From Candidatus Binatia bacterium (GTDB lineage: Bacteria > Desulfobacterota > Binatia > Bin18): a stretch of 64,000 nt of DNA. The translations under genes and the position numbers were made by a program. The notes beneath the pieces were generated by a model. That model did no database searches, was not told where the DNA came from, and worked only from the letters and a program-made list of their open reading frames with translations. The stretch lies in the NCBI GenBank assembly GCA_963666315.2, contig CAXXHG010000007.1, positions 32,001-96,000 on the forward strand, in the 5' to 3' direction. Of this stretch, positions 29,896-40,589 are shown piece by piece (within the stretch, counting starts at the first letter, position 1; each line of letters opens with the position of its first letter).

Positions 29896-31272
29896 TCACA
29901 CAAAACGCAAGAAGAGAGTCAAAATTCCCAGAAAGGACAGAAAGCCGCAGATATCGGTACAGGCCGTCACAAACACGTTTGATGCCACGGCTGGATCAAT
30001 TCCCACGCGTCGCAGGGTGAGAGGGACGATACTGCCGACGAACGCGGCGACTATTAAGTTGACCATCAATGCCAGGGCCAAGACTATGCCGAGCGTTGGA
30101 TTGCCCTTCCACAAATAGGCTACGAATCCTGCAGCACAGCCGAGGGCCAGCCCGTTGCCCAGCGCAATCGTCAATTCTTTGACTAACACCCGTTTGGTCT
30201 GGGTCAGGGGCACTTCGCCTAACGCAATACCGCGCACAATGATGGTCAGCGTTTGAACCCCGGCATTACCGCCCTGGGCGGCAACAATTGTCATAAAGGC
30301 GGCGGCAATAGCGACTTGCTGAATCGTGCCTTCAAAAAAGGAAATGACTACAGCGCTCAGCGTGGTTGTGACCAGATTCAGGGCAAGCCACGGGAGGCGT
30401 AGGCGGATGGACTGCCAGGCCGAGTCAAGAACCTCTTCTTCTTCGTCAAGACCTGCCAGCTTGAAAATATCTTCGGTTGCTTCTTCTTCGAGTACATCAA
30501 CCACATCGTCAACGGTAATGCGTCCCAGCAGCAGGCCTTCGACGTCGACCACGGGCAGAGAAATAAGGTCGTATTTTTTGAACATGAGCGCGACCTGTTC
30601 CTGGTCGAGATCAGCACGGACCGAAATGACCTGTTGGTCCATGACGCTTTCAACCACATCACTCGGACGGGCGAGGATGAATTTACGCAGGGGCAGAACG
30701 CCGACAAGATGACGGGTTTGATTCACAATAAAAACGATATTGATGTCAGGGATGTCGTCGATACGACTGCGGATCATTTCAATGGCCTGGTCTATGCGGG
30801 TGCCTTGCGGCACGGCCATATACTCGACCTGCATAATCCCGCCTGCCGTATCGGGTGGATACTGCAAGAGCTGGGAGACTTCCTCAGACAGGTCCTGGGG
30901 CACCTCATCGAGGACGGCCTTGGCTCGTCGGGCAGAGAGTGAGGCGAGTAGATCTGCCGCGTCGTCGGAGTCAAGATATTCGACTAAATCGCCCAGTATG
31001 TCGTCAGACAGTCGCTCAACCAGCGTGTTTTTGGTGTGGGGGGAAACCAGGCTGAGGGCTGCTGCCGCATGGCGTAACTCCAGAAAAGCAAAGACTTTGT
31101 GTTTGACTTCGGGCTCTTCCAGAACGTTCAGCAGCTCCGCCGTATCCGCCGGATGCAGGCTCGCGACTCCGGTCCGCACGATCTCGTCTTGACCCAGCTC
31201 GGCTTGGATAACGAGGTGTTCCAAGGACGTGGGACGATCCGGAATTGGTGAGGAGGTCACTTGAATCGCCAT
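29896..31272 (-). CDS. mgtE: Magnesium transporter MgtE
   Basis: HPADTAE, YPPDTAGGIM, CBS pair, GRITVDDV, RLPWL, GGNAGVQT, DPAVAS..TACTD. Confidence 0.95.
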   Translation of the reverse strand: MAIQVTSSPIPDRPTSLEHLVIQAELGQDEIVRTGVASLHPADTAELLNVLEEPEVKHKVFAFLELRHAAAALSLVSPHTKNTLVERLSDDILGDLVEYLDSDDAADLLASLSARRAKAVLDEVPQDLSEEVSQLLQYPPDTAGGIMQVEYMAVPQGTRIDQAIEMIRSRIDDIPDINIVFIVNQTRHLVGVLPLRKFILARPSDVVESVMDQQVISVRADLDQEQVALMFKKYDLISLPVVDVEGLLLGRITVDDVVDVLEEEATEDIFKLAGLDEEEEVLDSAWQSIRLRLPWLALNLVTTTLSAVVISFFEGTIQQVAIAAAFMTIVAAQGGNAGVQTLTIIVRGIALGEVPLTQTKRVLVKELTIALGNGLALGCAAGFVAYLWKGNPTLGIVLALALMVNLIVAAFVGSIVPLTLRRVGIDPAVASNVFVTACTDICGFLSFLGILTLFLRFV

Positions 31273-31381
31273 AGCTATGTTCTCGTATAGGAATCGATCC
31301 GATGAGACGAGAGCGTACGTTCTTTTCTGCCGTCTTTGATGCGGGCGTGCAGTTCATACGGGGGTGCAGTGAAAAGAGTGC

Positions 31382-33004
31382 TCACGGCGGAGACAGGTCT
31401 AATACGGACCCCTTTGTATTTGTCCGTTCTCCGCTCTGACATCGGCAACCAAATGCACCGTTCCATCCGCGTGCGGTTGGGTGCGGACAAAGCCGAAATT
31501 GAACAGGTCGCCCTGTGCGTATAGTAGTGTTGGGTTGAGGGTTGGATCAAGTTGGGTTTGGGTCACGGCTGGAGCCATGCCGGCATTCAGTGGTCCAGTG
31601 ATCAGTTCATGAAAAATGAGCAGATCGCCGTCTCCGTCGGCATCAAGTGCGTATCGAATCTGGGCTGCAAAATGAACGTCGGTGGTGATAAAGACAATAT
31701 TGTTCACATTGGCTTCATCTAGGAAGTGTAGGAGATCTAGGAGTTCTCGCTCAAATCCAGTCTGACCCGTCTGGGCAGAAAAGTCCGGACTGTTTCCATT
31801 CGCCCAGCCATCTCGACCCAATATGTGGGCTAGGCTTCCGGTCGGAACAGACAGGGGGACATCGCTACTGACGATTTTCCAGGTCGCTTGTGAATCCTGA
31901 AGTTGCTGTTTCAGCCAAGCGAGTTGCGCCGAACCGAGTAGTGCCTTCTGGTGTGTTTGCGTATCGGCCAGATCGTTCCGGCCTCGATATGAGCGTGCAT
32001 CCAGGAGAAAAAGGTCGAGGTGCTGCCCCCACTGGAAGGCGCGATATATCCGCTGGGACCCGTCTGGATGTCGAGCGATGGGCGAGTACAGAAAAAATGT
32101 TTCCCGGCCAATAGTGACAAGGTTGGGATAGCCTATTCGTTCTCCTGTCGTTTGCGCCCAGTATGTCCAGCGCGCCCCAAAGTCGTTCAGTACTTCATGA
32201 TCGTCCCACTGGGCATACATGGGCACGTGCTGGAAGAAGTGCTGCACGGCAGGATCCGCGCGATTGTATTGCCAATGCAGGCGATAGACTCGCCGCAGCT
32301 GGCTGAGATCGGTCCAATCCACTGTCGGCGAGAGTACGCCGGGAAACCGGCCTGGAATATTCTTCCAGACCGGAGGAGGTGAGCTGTGTGGTTCGTTTGC
32401 TCCAGCTCCAAGTGGTCCAAGCAGCCGTTCAGGGGGACAACCATCATCCGCATAAATCATATCGCCATTGGCAACAAAGAAGTCGGGCTGTAACGCGGCC
32501 ATCCGGGTAAAGATGGCATAGCCTGTCTGTTTTTGGCGACACAGACCTTGTCCGCCCAAATCTCCGCCAAAGACAAAGGTAACAGGCTTGGGAGATTCAC
32601 CATCTGGAGCGGTTGTCAAGCGGCCTTGCGTAGTCGCTGACTGCTCACGCTGATTTCCTGCCGGCTCGGCTGTGAGCCAGACGCGGTAATAGTAGTGCGT
32701 GCTGGGCTGCAGCCCGGTCGGTGCGACCTGGCCGGTGTAGTCCGACTCTTGGGTGACGAAGATTAGGTTGTGCAGTCTGAGGATGAGAGAAGTCCGGACT
32801 CCTGTCGTATGCGACACGGAGATAGACCTCGTGATTGGCTCGGGACCAGATAACGACACTGTGTGATGTTACATCACCACGCGCAATACCGTGGGTGAGC
32901 GTCGCCACGTCTGCGATTTGGGCAGACTGGCCACCGGGGAGGGCATACAGTAACAAGAACATGCTGATTAAGAGCAGACGGACACCCATTCGCAGCCGAG
33001 GCAT
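31382..33004 (-). pseudogene. phoD: PhoD-family alkaline phosphatase with two frameshifts
   Basis: Signal peptide and THGIARGDVT in one frame; NGDMIYAD, QWDDHEV, LDARSYR, TTDVH in a second (shift near 32760); natural C-terminus GSVLDLSPP in a third (shift near 31410). Confidence 0.85.
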
Positions 33005-33048
33005 AGTTTTTCCTCTCGTTCTTTGCACTGGCTTACAGCATACACAAA

Positions 33049-33080
33049 CAAATAAGCAAATAGGCAAATAAGCAAATAAG
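33049..33080. repeat. 8-bp tandem repeat x4 in the divergent phoD/phoX promoter region
   Basis: CAAATAAG CAAATAGG CAAATAAG CAAATAAG. Confidence 0.85.
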
Positions 33081-33173
33081 CCCGGAGAGGGGCAGCGCCC
33101 CCTCGGGGCAATGCCCCTTCCTTGTCAGGTCTGCCGACTGCTATCGTGTATCAGTTTCATATTGCTAGCTCGC

Positions 33174-35360
33174 ATGCGACGATTCAGTGTCATCTTTTTT
33201 GTGATTACAGCCTTTCTCGTCTTAACCGTCGCTATAGTTTTGCAGAGCCGGGGGCAAATTGATGCACCCGCCCCGCTGTCTTCGGTTGTGGCGATCACGC
33301 ACCCCGAAGGAAAGAATATTGCTGAATTCGTCAAAGCACAGGTCGCCCAGGTTTCCAATGTTGCTAGTGGCAAGGCCCCCGCTCGTTCATTCCCGCTTGC
33401 CCCTGCTACATCCGATACGGTCCGTGTACTGGACGGCCTACACAGTCACGTGGTGGTGAAGTGGCTTGATGCGTTAACAACACAGCCGTCATCTGTACCC
33501 CGCTTTGGGGCGAATAATGATTATCTTGCCTATTTTGGTGATGACTGGGATGCCGACTGGCAGGGCGATGTGCCGGGCAGCGCGCCGCAGTTTAACGGCA
33601 GCGGGCAGTCGGGCTGGCTGTGGGTGAATCATGAGTATGTATCAAACTTTTCACCGACCCTGACTACTGCGCCGACCGGCCAGCACCTGATTTTTGCAAA
33701 ATTTCTGAAAGCCCAGGACATCTTGCAAAACAATGTGGACGCGCCACTCTGGCCGCAGACTGCGCTGGACATCTATATTCGGTACCACAAGCAGCAACTT
33801 GGCGGCTCATGGCTGCGGATTGTCCGTAACGCCCAAACCGGTCGCTGGAGTGTGGATCGTTCAGCCCAGGCGGTCCGATTTAATGCGACCAGCCAGACGC
33901 TCGTCACAGTGACGGGCCAGACATTGCGCTCCCGTGACCATGATGACACTGGGCAGCCTCTCCCGGCTGGTGTGGTCGTTGGCATCTTGGCGGATTGTTC
34001 GGGCGGGCAAACACCGTGGGGAACAATTATAACCGCAGAAGAAAACCAGCGGTGGTTTTACGGAGACCTAGAGATTTGCTGGGATCAAAACCAAAAATTC
34101 ATAACAGAAAAAGGGTGTGATCCTGGGGCGCCCATCGCCGTACCGACTGACCCGAGTCCTGCCTCTATATTTGGCCAGACTTCACATTGGCAGGAGCGTC
34201 ATAGCCGCGAAGGCTACGGCTATCTTGTGGAAATAGATATCCGGAGTGCCCCCAATATTTTCTATACAAGTGTAGCTGATGGAGGCAGCGGGCGGGGGCA
34301 TCGCAAGATTGGCAGTATGGGTCGCGCGCGCTGGGAGAATGTGGCCATCGTGGTGGACCGGAATTGGCAGCTTCAGTCCGGCAAACGAATCGTGCTCTAC
34401 GCCGGCAACGACCGGCGCAGTGGCCGTATCTATAAATGGGTCAGCAAAGAACCCTACTCTGCAGGCATGACGCGAGCCCGGATTCGGTCATTACTCGATC
34501 AGGGCACGCTCTTTGTGGCCCACTTTGCCGGGCTCGATAACATGACTGGAAAGACACTTCTGGGTGGGACGGTGCCGACGGAGCAGCAGCCTGGCTCCGG
34601 ACGGTGGATACATCTCAGTATTGATAGTCTCGATATTGCTCCGAACGCTGAAGCTCTGGGTGATGCAAAAAAGACCGTGGGCGCCGCGCTTCAGGATATG
34701 GGCTGGAACAAGATGGGCGGCTTTCAGACTGATCACGACGTCAGACGCACGCTGTTCACTGCTGTGGCAAAGGTCGGTGTGATGGAGCTGAATCGACCGG
34801 AAGACCTGGAATGGAATCCTAAAGATCCGAGCGGAACGCCCCGCTTATATGTCGCCTTTACCAATCATTTCCAGGGAACCCAGCTTGATCAGCACGGGGT
34901 GATATTAGATCCGTCTATTGTCACGGTTCGCAACGATGAAGATGGGGCCATTTTCGTTATCCAGGAAGTGGACGTTCAGAGCCCAGCTCAATCAAAGACG
35001 TTTTCCTATTTCTCTGTATGGCGGGGTTCTGTGGACCCGGCTGATGCGTCCGCTGCCGCCAACCCTGATAACCTCATGATCGACCGTGAAGGCGGCGTAT
35101 GGTTTGGAACGGACAGAAATTTTATACGCACTAGAGGCAGGGCCGCTGACGGTCTGTACTATCTTGATCTTGATCCCAGCCATCAAGCGGGAAAGCCTGG
35201 TATTACCGACCCCAGCTTTGGCAAAGCCTTTCGTATTGCCACCGTCCCGAGTGACGCCGAAGCCACCGGGCCTGCGTTTAACTCGGATATGACGACCATC
35301 TTTCTGAGTGTGCAGCATCCGGGCGAACGCTTCCCCAGCACCTGGCCGCAGGCGCGCTGA
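33174..35360 (+). CDS. phoX: PhoX-family alkaline phosphatase (DUF839)
   Basis: WVNHEY, CSGGQTPWGTIITAEEN, GRARWEN, RPED, NPDNL, EATGPAF, SVQHPGE. Confidence 0.9.
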   Translation: MRRFSVIFFVITAFLVLTVAIVLQSRGQIDAPAPLSSVVAITHPEGKNIAEFVKAQVAQVSNVASGKAPARSFPLAPATSDTVRVLDGLHSHVVVKWLDALTTQPSSVPRFGANNDYLAYFGDDWDADWQGDVPGSAPQFNGSGQSGWLWVNHEYVSNFSPTLTTAPTGQHLIFAKFLKAQDILQNNVDAPLWPQTALDIYIRYHKQQLGGSWLRIVRNAQTGRWSVDRSAQAVRFNATSQTLVTVTGQTLRSRDHDDTGQPLPAGVVVGILADCSGGQTPWGTIITAEENQRWFYGDLEICWDQNQKFITEKGCDPGAPIAVPTDPSPASIFGQTSHWQERHSREGYGYLVEIDIRSAPNIFYTSVADGGSGRGHRKIGSMGRARWENVAIVVDRNWQLQSGKRIVLYAGNDRRSGRIYKWVSKEPYSAGMTRARIRSLLDQGTLFVAHFAGLDNMTGKTLLGGTVPTEQQPGSGRWIHLSIDSLDIAPNAEALGDAKKTVGAALQDMGWNKMGGFQTDHDVRRTLFTAVAKVGVMELNRPEDLEWNPKDPSGTPRLYVAFTNHFQGTQLDQHGVILDPSIVTVRNDEDGAIFVIQEVDVQSPAQSKTFSYFSVWRGSVDPADASAAANPDNLMIDREGGVWFGTDRNFIRTRGRAADGLYYLDLDPSHQAGKPGITDPSFGKAFRIATVPSDAEATGPAFNSDMTTIFLSVQHPGERFPSTWPQAR

Positions 35361-35518
35361 TAACCGCGTTCTTGCTGAGACCAGCGAGCTGAGTTTTTTA
35401 CTGATGCGCTAATCCGAACAGAATAAACTTGGACTCATGCCAGGTCTCATATTTCCCGCGCTGTAAGTCTGAAAATCCTTTATATAGCTACGAGCTTCTC
35501 CTCCTCCGGGGTCAGGGT

Positions 35519-36325
35519 CTAGCCTTCACAAAACCGCTCAAACACCCCTGCATCAATCTTCTTCTTTTTTCCTTCAAAGAAATTTCGCTCGGTCCATTGG
35601 GCCAGAAAGCAGAGCTCGACAAAGGGCAAATACCGCTGAAAGTCAGGAGCGCCTTGTGCGGCAAGGTGTTCGTAGAAGAGCGGTTGGAATTCTCCAAGCC
35701 AGCGTACACAGGCTTTGATTGTCCCCATGCCGATGAGCTGATCATCGGCTATGCTTTCCACATCGATGGTGTAGAGTTTGCCGCCTTCCTGGCTGACCAC
35801 AAAATTCTTGAGCACCGGGTCGGTGTAATCAAAACCAAGCCAGACCTGCTGCGGAGTGAGGGGTTCGATGGCTGTGCAAAGCCGCTCGTAGAGTGAATCG
35901 GAAAGGATGCCCACTTGGTTCAAGAAACGGAGATCTTGCGCAAGGCGAGCGGGAAATAGTGTGTCGGCTGTATCCACCAGTTCTGAACGTTTTGCATAGA
36001 TTGTGGCATAAAAGTCTGCGACCTGACGGACGACCTGTTCCGTAACAACTCGGGGACGATCACCGGCTCTGAAGTCCACCCAGATCTCGTGTTCGTAGCG
36101 GGTGACGAGACGCGGGAAGATGTCATCAGCGTGGAAGACTTCGAGATTATGCTCTATATCCGCAGCGATAGCCGAATCGGCCAGCTGTACCCGCTTGAAG
36201 CGCTGTCCGTTTATGGTTACAAAATGCAGGCTTTTTGCTTTTCGTAACCGCAGGCCGAAAAGACTTGGGAAACGCGTTTGGATACGGCTGAGCCAAAGGG
36301 GCCTGGAGAAACTTTGCTTCACCAT
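35519..36325 (-). CDS. Hypothetical protein, protein-kinase-like (APH/LPS kinase) fold
   Basis: DYTDPVLKNFVV and YTIDVES resemble catalytic-loop and DFE motifs. Confidence 0.55.
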   Translation of the reverse strand: MVKQSFSRPLWLSRIQTRFPSLFGLRLRKAKSLHFVTINGQRFKRVQLADSAIAADIEHNLEVFHADDIFPRLVTRYEHEIWVDFRAGDRPRVVTEQVVRQVADFYATIYAKRSELVDTADTLFPARLAQDLRFLNQVGILSDSLYERLCTAIEPLTPQQVWLGFDYTDPVLKNFVVSQEGGKLYTIDVESIADDQLIGMGTIKACVRWLGEFQPLFYEHLAAQGAPDFQRYLPFVELCFLAQWTERNFFEGKKKKIDAGVFERFCEG

Positions 36326-36408
36326 CAGCTCCTCTTGTTACAGTCTCAGAGACGCGTGTTGTATATCCACACCGGGCGGCAAAAAGCAAGACAGGAGTAC
36401 TCCGGGCT

Positions 36409-37440
36409 ATGACAATCACCGATCCGCCCATAGTGACTGTCTTTATCCCGGTCTATAACCGAGAGCATTATATCGGCGAGGCGATTGAGAGCATCTTGTC
36501 TCAGAGCTTTCCCAATTTCGAACTCCTGCTGATTGACGACGGCTCAACCGACCGCAGCGTTGAAGTCATGCGTTCGTACGGCGATGCTCGCATTCGGGTG
36601 GTGTGCAATGAACACAATCTCGGCATCCCCAAAACGCGCAATCGCGGCTTAGAGCTGGCGCGAGGTGCGTACATCGCCTTACTCGACAGTGACGATCAAG
36701 CCTGTCCAGACCGGCTGATCAAGCAAATGACCTTTTTGGACCAACATCCGGACTATGTCCAAGTCGGCGGCCGGATAAAATTTATGGACGAGCACGGGCA
36801 GCCGCTGAAAAAGAGAAAACGCCAGCCTCGCATGTTCCAGGATATCCAGGCTCAGCTCTTATTTCGCTGTTGTTTGACCAATACAACCATCATGGCCCGA
36901 ACCGCTATTCTACAGGAGTATAGATATCGTGAGAGCTTTCCGCGCTGTCAGGACTATGACCTGCATGTGCGTCTCGCGAAGCGCTATAAAATGGCCAATT
37001 TCTCCGACGCGCTGACCCGTGTTCGCATTCACCCTGCTCAAATCACAGCGCTGACCCCAGAACTCGGTGATACCAAAAAAGGAGAAATTGTGAGTGGCCA
37101 GCTTGCAGACTTAGGGGTGGCGTTTCGCCAAGAAGACCTTCTGTCGCACCTCACGCTGTCTCGCATGCGCAAGTTCCGCTTTACTCCGGATCACGCCTAT
37201 CTGGACTGGGCGGATGTCTGGTTGCAGGGCTTGCTAGCAGCAAACCGGAAAACCCAGCGCTATCCGGCCTCCGTCTTTCAGCGCACAGTGAGTGCAAAGT
37301 GGGCCAAAGCCTGTCAGGCCGCAGTAAACGGAATGGGCGGAATGGGCTGGATCGCGTGGAAAAGATTTCTACGCTCACCACTGCGGAAAGGGATTACCTC
37401 CCATATTCTCCGAGAACTCCGGGCACTCTCTCGTTGCTAA
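36409..37440 (+). CDS. Glycosyltransferase family 2
   Basis: IPVYNRE, IDDGSTD, LDSDD, QDYDL. Confidence 0.92.
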   Translation: MTITDPPIVTVFIPVYNREHYIGEAIESILSQSFPNFELLLIDDGSTDRSVEVMRSYGDARIRVVCNEHNLGIPKTRNRGLELARGAYIALLDSDDQACPDRLIKQMTFLDQHPDYVQVGGRIKFMDEHGQPLKKRKRQPRMFQDIQAQLLFRCCLTNTTIMARTAILQEYRYRESFPRCQDYDLHVRLAKRYKMANFSDALTRVRIHPAQITALTPELGDTKKGEIVSGQLADLGVAFRQEDLLSHLTLSRMRKFRFTPDHAYLDWADVWLQGLLAANRKTQRYPASVFQRTVSAKWAKACQAAVNGMGGMGWIAWKRFLRSPLRKGITSHILRELRALSRC

Positions 37441-37515
37441 AGACACCCAGCCAGTGGTATGCGTTATGCGCATCAAGCCATCATGCAGAAACCATTGGGG
37501 AGAGAGGCAAACGCC

Positions 37516-38529
37516 TTACGTGTCCCAGGGATGTTTTCCACCCTGCTGATAGTAGTCAAATAGCTCAAGCCAGAGCTGTGCTTTGTCACTGTCTAAACCT
37601 ACCATCATCGACTTGAGATAGGCTCTATAGACAAAATGCAGACGGAATAGGGGAGCGATAATACCGGTATCATACCCCAGCTCTTGGCAGTACTTCTCCA
37701 CCGCTTGCTTCGCATAGCCGATGCCCGCTGCGTTAGATGTAGAGCTGGATGCATAGAAGGTTTTGATAGCCTGGGCCTTCTTCTGCCACGGCACCAAGCC
37801 GCCAATATACGCGTAGCGGGTGATGAAATAGAACAGATCAATAAGGGGCAGCCCGTTGAGATTGGCAGTCTCCCAATCGATGAGTCCACACGCGTCATCG
37901 GGTTGCATGATCAGGTTTCCAGGCGAGAGATCGCCATGCACGACAATACTCTCGAAAGATCCCCGAAAGCCCGTTTGCAGGCTATCGAATAATGGATCAA
38001 GCTCTGCAGGGCTTCGACCGACTTGCGTGAGAAAGACGCGTAGCGGCCTCAGCTCTTCAGCCAAGAATTCCTCTGTGCTGATAGCGGTTCGTGTCCCGCG
38101 TGCAAGCGTAACAAGCAAGTCAGTCGTGCGGCTGAGGTGGCGGGGAAAGCATTGACCCACATGCCAAAAGCGACGCGGGATTTCTTCCAGCATCTTCGTG
38201 CCGCGTACTGCCCGTTCAATACTATATTTCTGCTTGTGCAGTTCGCCCAGAAGACAGGGCTGGGGAAGATGAGTGGCCAGACCCGGTTGGGACACAAGCG
38301 AGACCAGCAGGTCATACTCCTGCTCCAGCGGTGTATTTTGCTGTGGATCGCGCACGACTTTGACAAAAAAGAGGGGCTGTCCGGTGGGATCTATGACGGC
38401 AAAGTGAACCCGGCTGGCCTTCCAGTCCGTCCCCCGGATCTGGAGAAGGGACAACTGTTCGGGCGCACGCGTCTGACCCGTGAGGCTACTCCAGTTTTTT
38501 TGGAGTTCCTTTTCAAGCACGTGTCTCAT
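37516..38529 (-). CDS. Aminoglycoside-phosphotransferase-like kinase
   Basis: FFVKV, VHGDLSPGNL, IDWETA, DLFYF; ATG 38529 chosen as start. Confidence 0.8.
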   Translation of the reverse strand: MRHVLEKELQKNWSSLTGQTRAPEQLSLLQIRGTDWKASRVHFAVIDPTGQPLFFVKVVRDPQQNTPLEQEYDLLVSLVSQPGLATHLPQPCLLGELHKQKYSIERAVRGTKMLEEIPRRFWHVGQCFPRHLSRTTDLLVTLARGTRTAISTEEFLAEELRPLRVFLTQVGRSPAELDPLFDSLQTGFRGSFESIVVHGDLSPGNLIMQPDDACGLIDWETANLNGLPLIDLFYFITRYAYIGGLVPWQKKAQAIKTFYASSSTSNAAGIGYAKQAVEKYCQELGYDTGIIAPLFRLHFVYRAYLKSMMVGLDSDKAQLWLELFDYYQQGGKHPWDT

Positions 38530-38545
38530 CGTTTTTGGGCCAGCA

Positions 38546-39592
38546 TTATTTTTGAGCCAGAATGATAAAGCTGGGGCTGAAGAGCCAGTCCAAACCGAGG
38601 CGAGCAAGGCCCGAGCAGAATACATATTCATCAAAACGCTGCGCCCTGAGCACCGTCTTGCGGAAGTAGCGCGCAGCGGCAGCATCTCCCCAGCGCGAGA
38701 TGTAGCGGGGATCTTGGTAACGCGGCCAGGGGCAATAGAATTCCAAACGCGAGTAGCCCGCCTGCCTAAAGAGACGCTGATAGCCACGCCGAGTATAGGT
38801 ATAGGTACGATAACTCTTGTGCTTCAAGAGCCGGGTCACGGCCGAAGCCAGCTTGCGTGGCAGCAGGCTCGTAAAATAGAGCTTGCTGTGAGGGTCACGG
38901 CTGCGGTACAAAAACTCGAACCCGATGCGGTTCTCGATGGCGACAAAGAGGGTGCCGCTCGGCTTGAGCAACTCCCGACAGCGTTCGAGAGCTTTGCGCT
39001 GCACCTCGCGTGGACTGCGGTCAGCGAGCCACTCGCCAACCCATTCCAAAACACCATTCATGACAATGCAGTCGAAGCTGGACTTGCCAAAAGGTAGGTC
39101 CCACACACTTGCGTGGATCGGAATAATGTTTGCCAAGTCTTCACACTCGACGCGCCGGGCCAAAAAATGCACCCGCTCAAAGGTGGCGTCCACGGCAAAC
39201 ACCTCCTTGCACACTTTGGCGATGGGAATGGCTAAGGTGCCAAAACCACAACCCAGGTCGAGCACCACACTTGTCGGATCAAGCGGCAGGAGAAAGCGTC
39301 CGTCGGCATGATTTGCACGAAAACTGTTCAGCAAGACGCCCCGACCACGGAGCTTGTGTGTATTCAGATACGCTGTGAGCCCAGCAACTCCTTTGTTTTG
39401 GTATAAATCAAGCAATACCGGCATCTCTTGTTGAGGCAGCTTTCCGTAGTAGTAGTCATGCTCTACAAACGAGAACACACCATCCTTTTTTGGGAATTGT
39501 CGCGGGCACGAGTCACACACATAGGTCTTACCGGCGAGTCGAAGTGGGGAGAGGCACTGGGGACAATGGAGTTGCAAAACGGAGCCACCCAC
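38546..39592 (-). CDS. Class I SAM-dependent methyltransferase with N-terminal zinc ribbon
   Basis: CPQC..CDSC, VLDLGCGFG, FDCIVMNGVLEW, IENRIG. Confidence 0.88.
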   Translation of the reverse strand: MGGSVLQLHCPQCLSPLRLAGKTYVCDSCPRQFPKKDGVFSFVEHDYYYGKLPQQEMPVLLDLYQNKGVAGLTAYLNTHKLRGRGVLLNSFRANHADGRFLLPLDPTSVVLDLGCGFGTLAIPIAKVCKEVFAVDATFERVHFLARRVECEDLANIIPIHASVWDLPFGKSSFDCIVMNGVLEWVGEWLADRSPREVQRKALERCRELLKPSGTLFVAIENRIGFEFLYRSRDPHSKLYFTSLLPRKLASAVTRLLKHKSYRTYTYTRRGYQRLFRQAGYSRLEFYCPWPRYQDPRYISRWGDAAAARYFRKTVLRAQRFDEYVFCSGLARLGLDWLFSPSFIILAQK

Positions 39593-39632
39593 CGGAGCAA
39601 AGGGAGACCGATTACGGCTGAGACTGCTCTTG

Positions 39633-40430
39633 TTATGCTTCGCCGACTGGTAACGGCGTCTCGTCTAACGACGCGGTCTCATAAGAGCTGAGCGTAGACT
39701 GGTGGGGTCCAAAATGGGCGCGTACTTGTGCAAGGTCTTCTGGAGTATCGATTTCGGCCCACCACAAGCCCTCGATTGAGGCCACCTCGACAAGGGAGAA
39801 GTCAGCCAGCGTATCAATAACCGACAAATACCAGCGCTGCAGGGAGGCAGGCTTACGCATGGCCGTCTCAAGGGCAGTACGAAACGCCTCAGCCCCGCTG
39901 GCACGGAAACGCATCAGGCCGATGGACTCTCCATGCACCTGCGAAGGAGGGAGTCTTTTCCCCACTGCGGTCAGGCTGCGTTCATCTCGCATGGAGACTT
40001 TCATATCATCTGCGTCATAGACAGCTTTACGGTCGATAGCGAGCACAATGGGTGCCGAGGGGGCCCTGAGCAAACGCTGCAAGACGGCAGGTTCAAACAA
40101 GGTGTCGCCGTTCAGTAGTAGAAAGTTCGCATGCATTTCCGGAATAGCCGTCCAACACGTTGCCAGGTTATTTGAGACGGCGAAGAAGGGGTTATAGCGG
40201 ATCGTTATGTCTATTCCACGTACGGGGCACGTTGCCAGAAAAGACTCCACCTTTTCCGCCCCAAATCCGACCATGATCGTAGCCTGTTGGATGCCGCACT
40301 CAGCCAGGGCATGGAGTTGGATTTCTAGGGCAGGCCTGTCCGCATCGACCGACAACAGGCATTTCGGCGTGGTTTCGGTCAAAGGCAGTAGCCGTTTGCC
40401 CTGGCCTGCACTTAAAATAATGGCTTTCAT
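39633..40430 (-). CDS. NTP transferase, phosphocholine cytidylyltransferase (LicC-like) family
   Basis: ILSAGQGKRLLPLT..PKCLL, LLNGDTLF, DDMKV, GESIG, WAEIDTPEDL. Confidence 0.85.
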   Translation of the reverse strand: MKAIILSAGQGKRLLPLTETTPKCLLSVDADRPALEIQLHALAECGIQQATIMVGFGAEKVESFLATCPVRGIDITIRYNPFFAVSNNLATCWTAIPEMHANFLLLNGDTLFEPAVLQRLLRAPSAPIVLAIDRKAVYDADDMKVSMRDERSLTAVGKRLPPSQVHGESIGLMRFRASGAEAFRTALETAMRKPASLQRWYLSVIDTLADFSLVEVASIEGLWWAEIDTPEDLAQVRAHFGPHQSTLSSYETASLDETPLPVGEA

Positions 40431-40506
40431 ATGCTTTTGCTTGGGAGATAAGGGACTGTATTCAATTTATCCTGCCCGGTATAAGAGAAAACCACCAATG
40501 AATCAA

Positions 40507-40551
40507 GCAGGATGAGCAGAATGAGTGGAATGAGTGAAATGAACAGAGTGA
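40507..40551. repeat. Degenerate 9-bp tandem repeat x5 in a divergent intergenic region
   Basis: GCAGGATGA GCAGAATGA GTGGAATGA GTGAAATGA ACAGAGTGA. Confidence 0.65.
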
Positions 40552-40589
40552 GATCATCCAGGGTCAGGACCGGCCGGCGATAGGCGGTA

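Noticed and set aside
31273-31381. Mg2+ (M-box) riboswitch upstream of mgtE
   Set aside because: Only ~110 bp and no recognisable conserved elements; a covariance-model search would be needed
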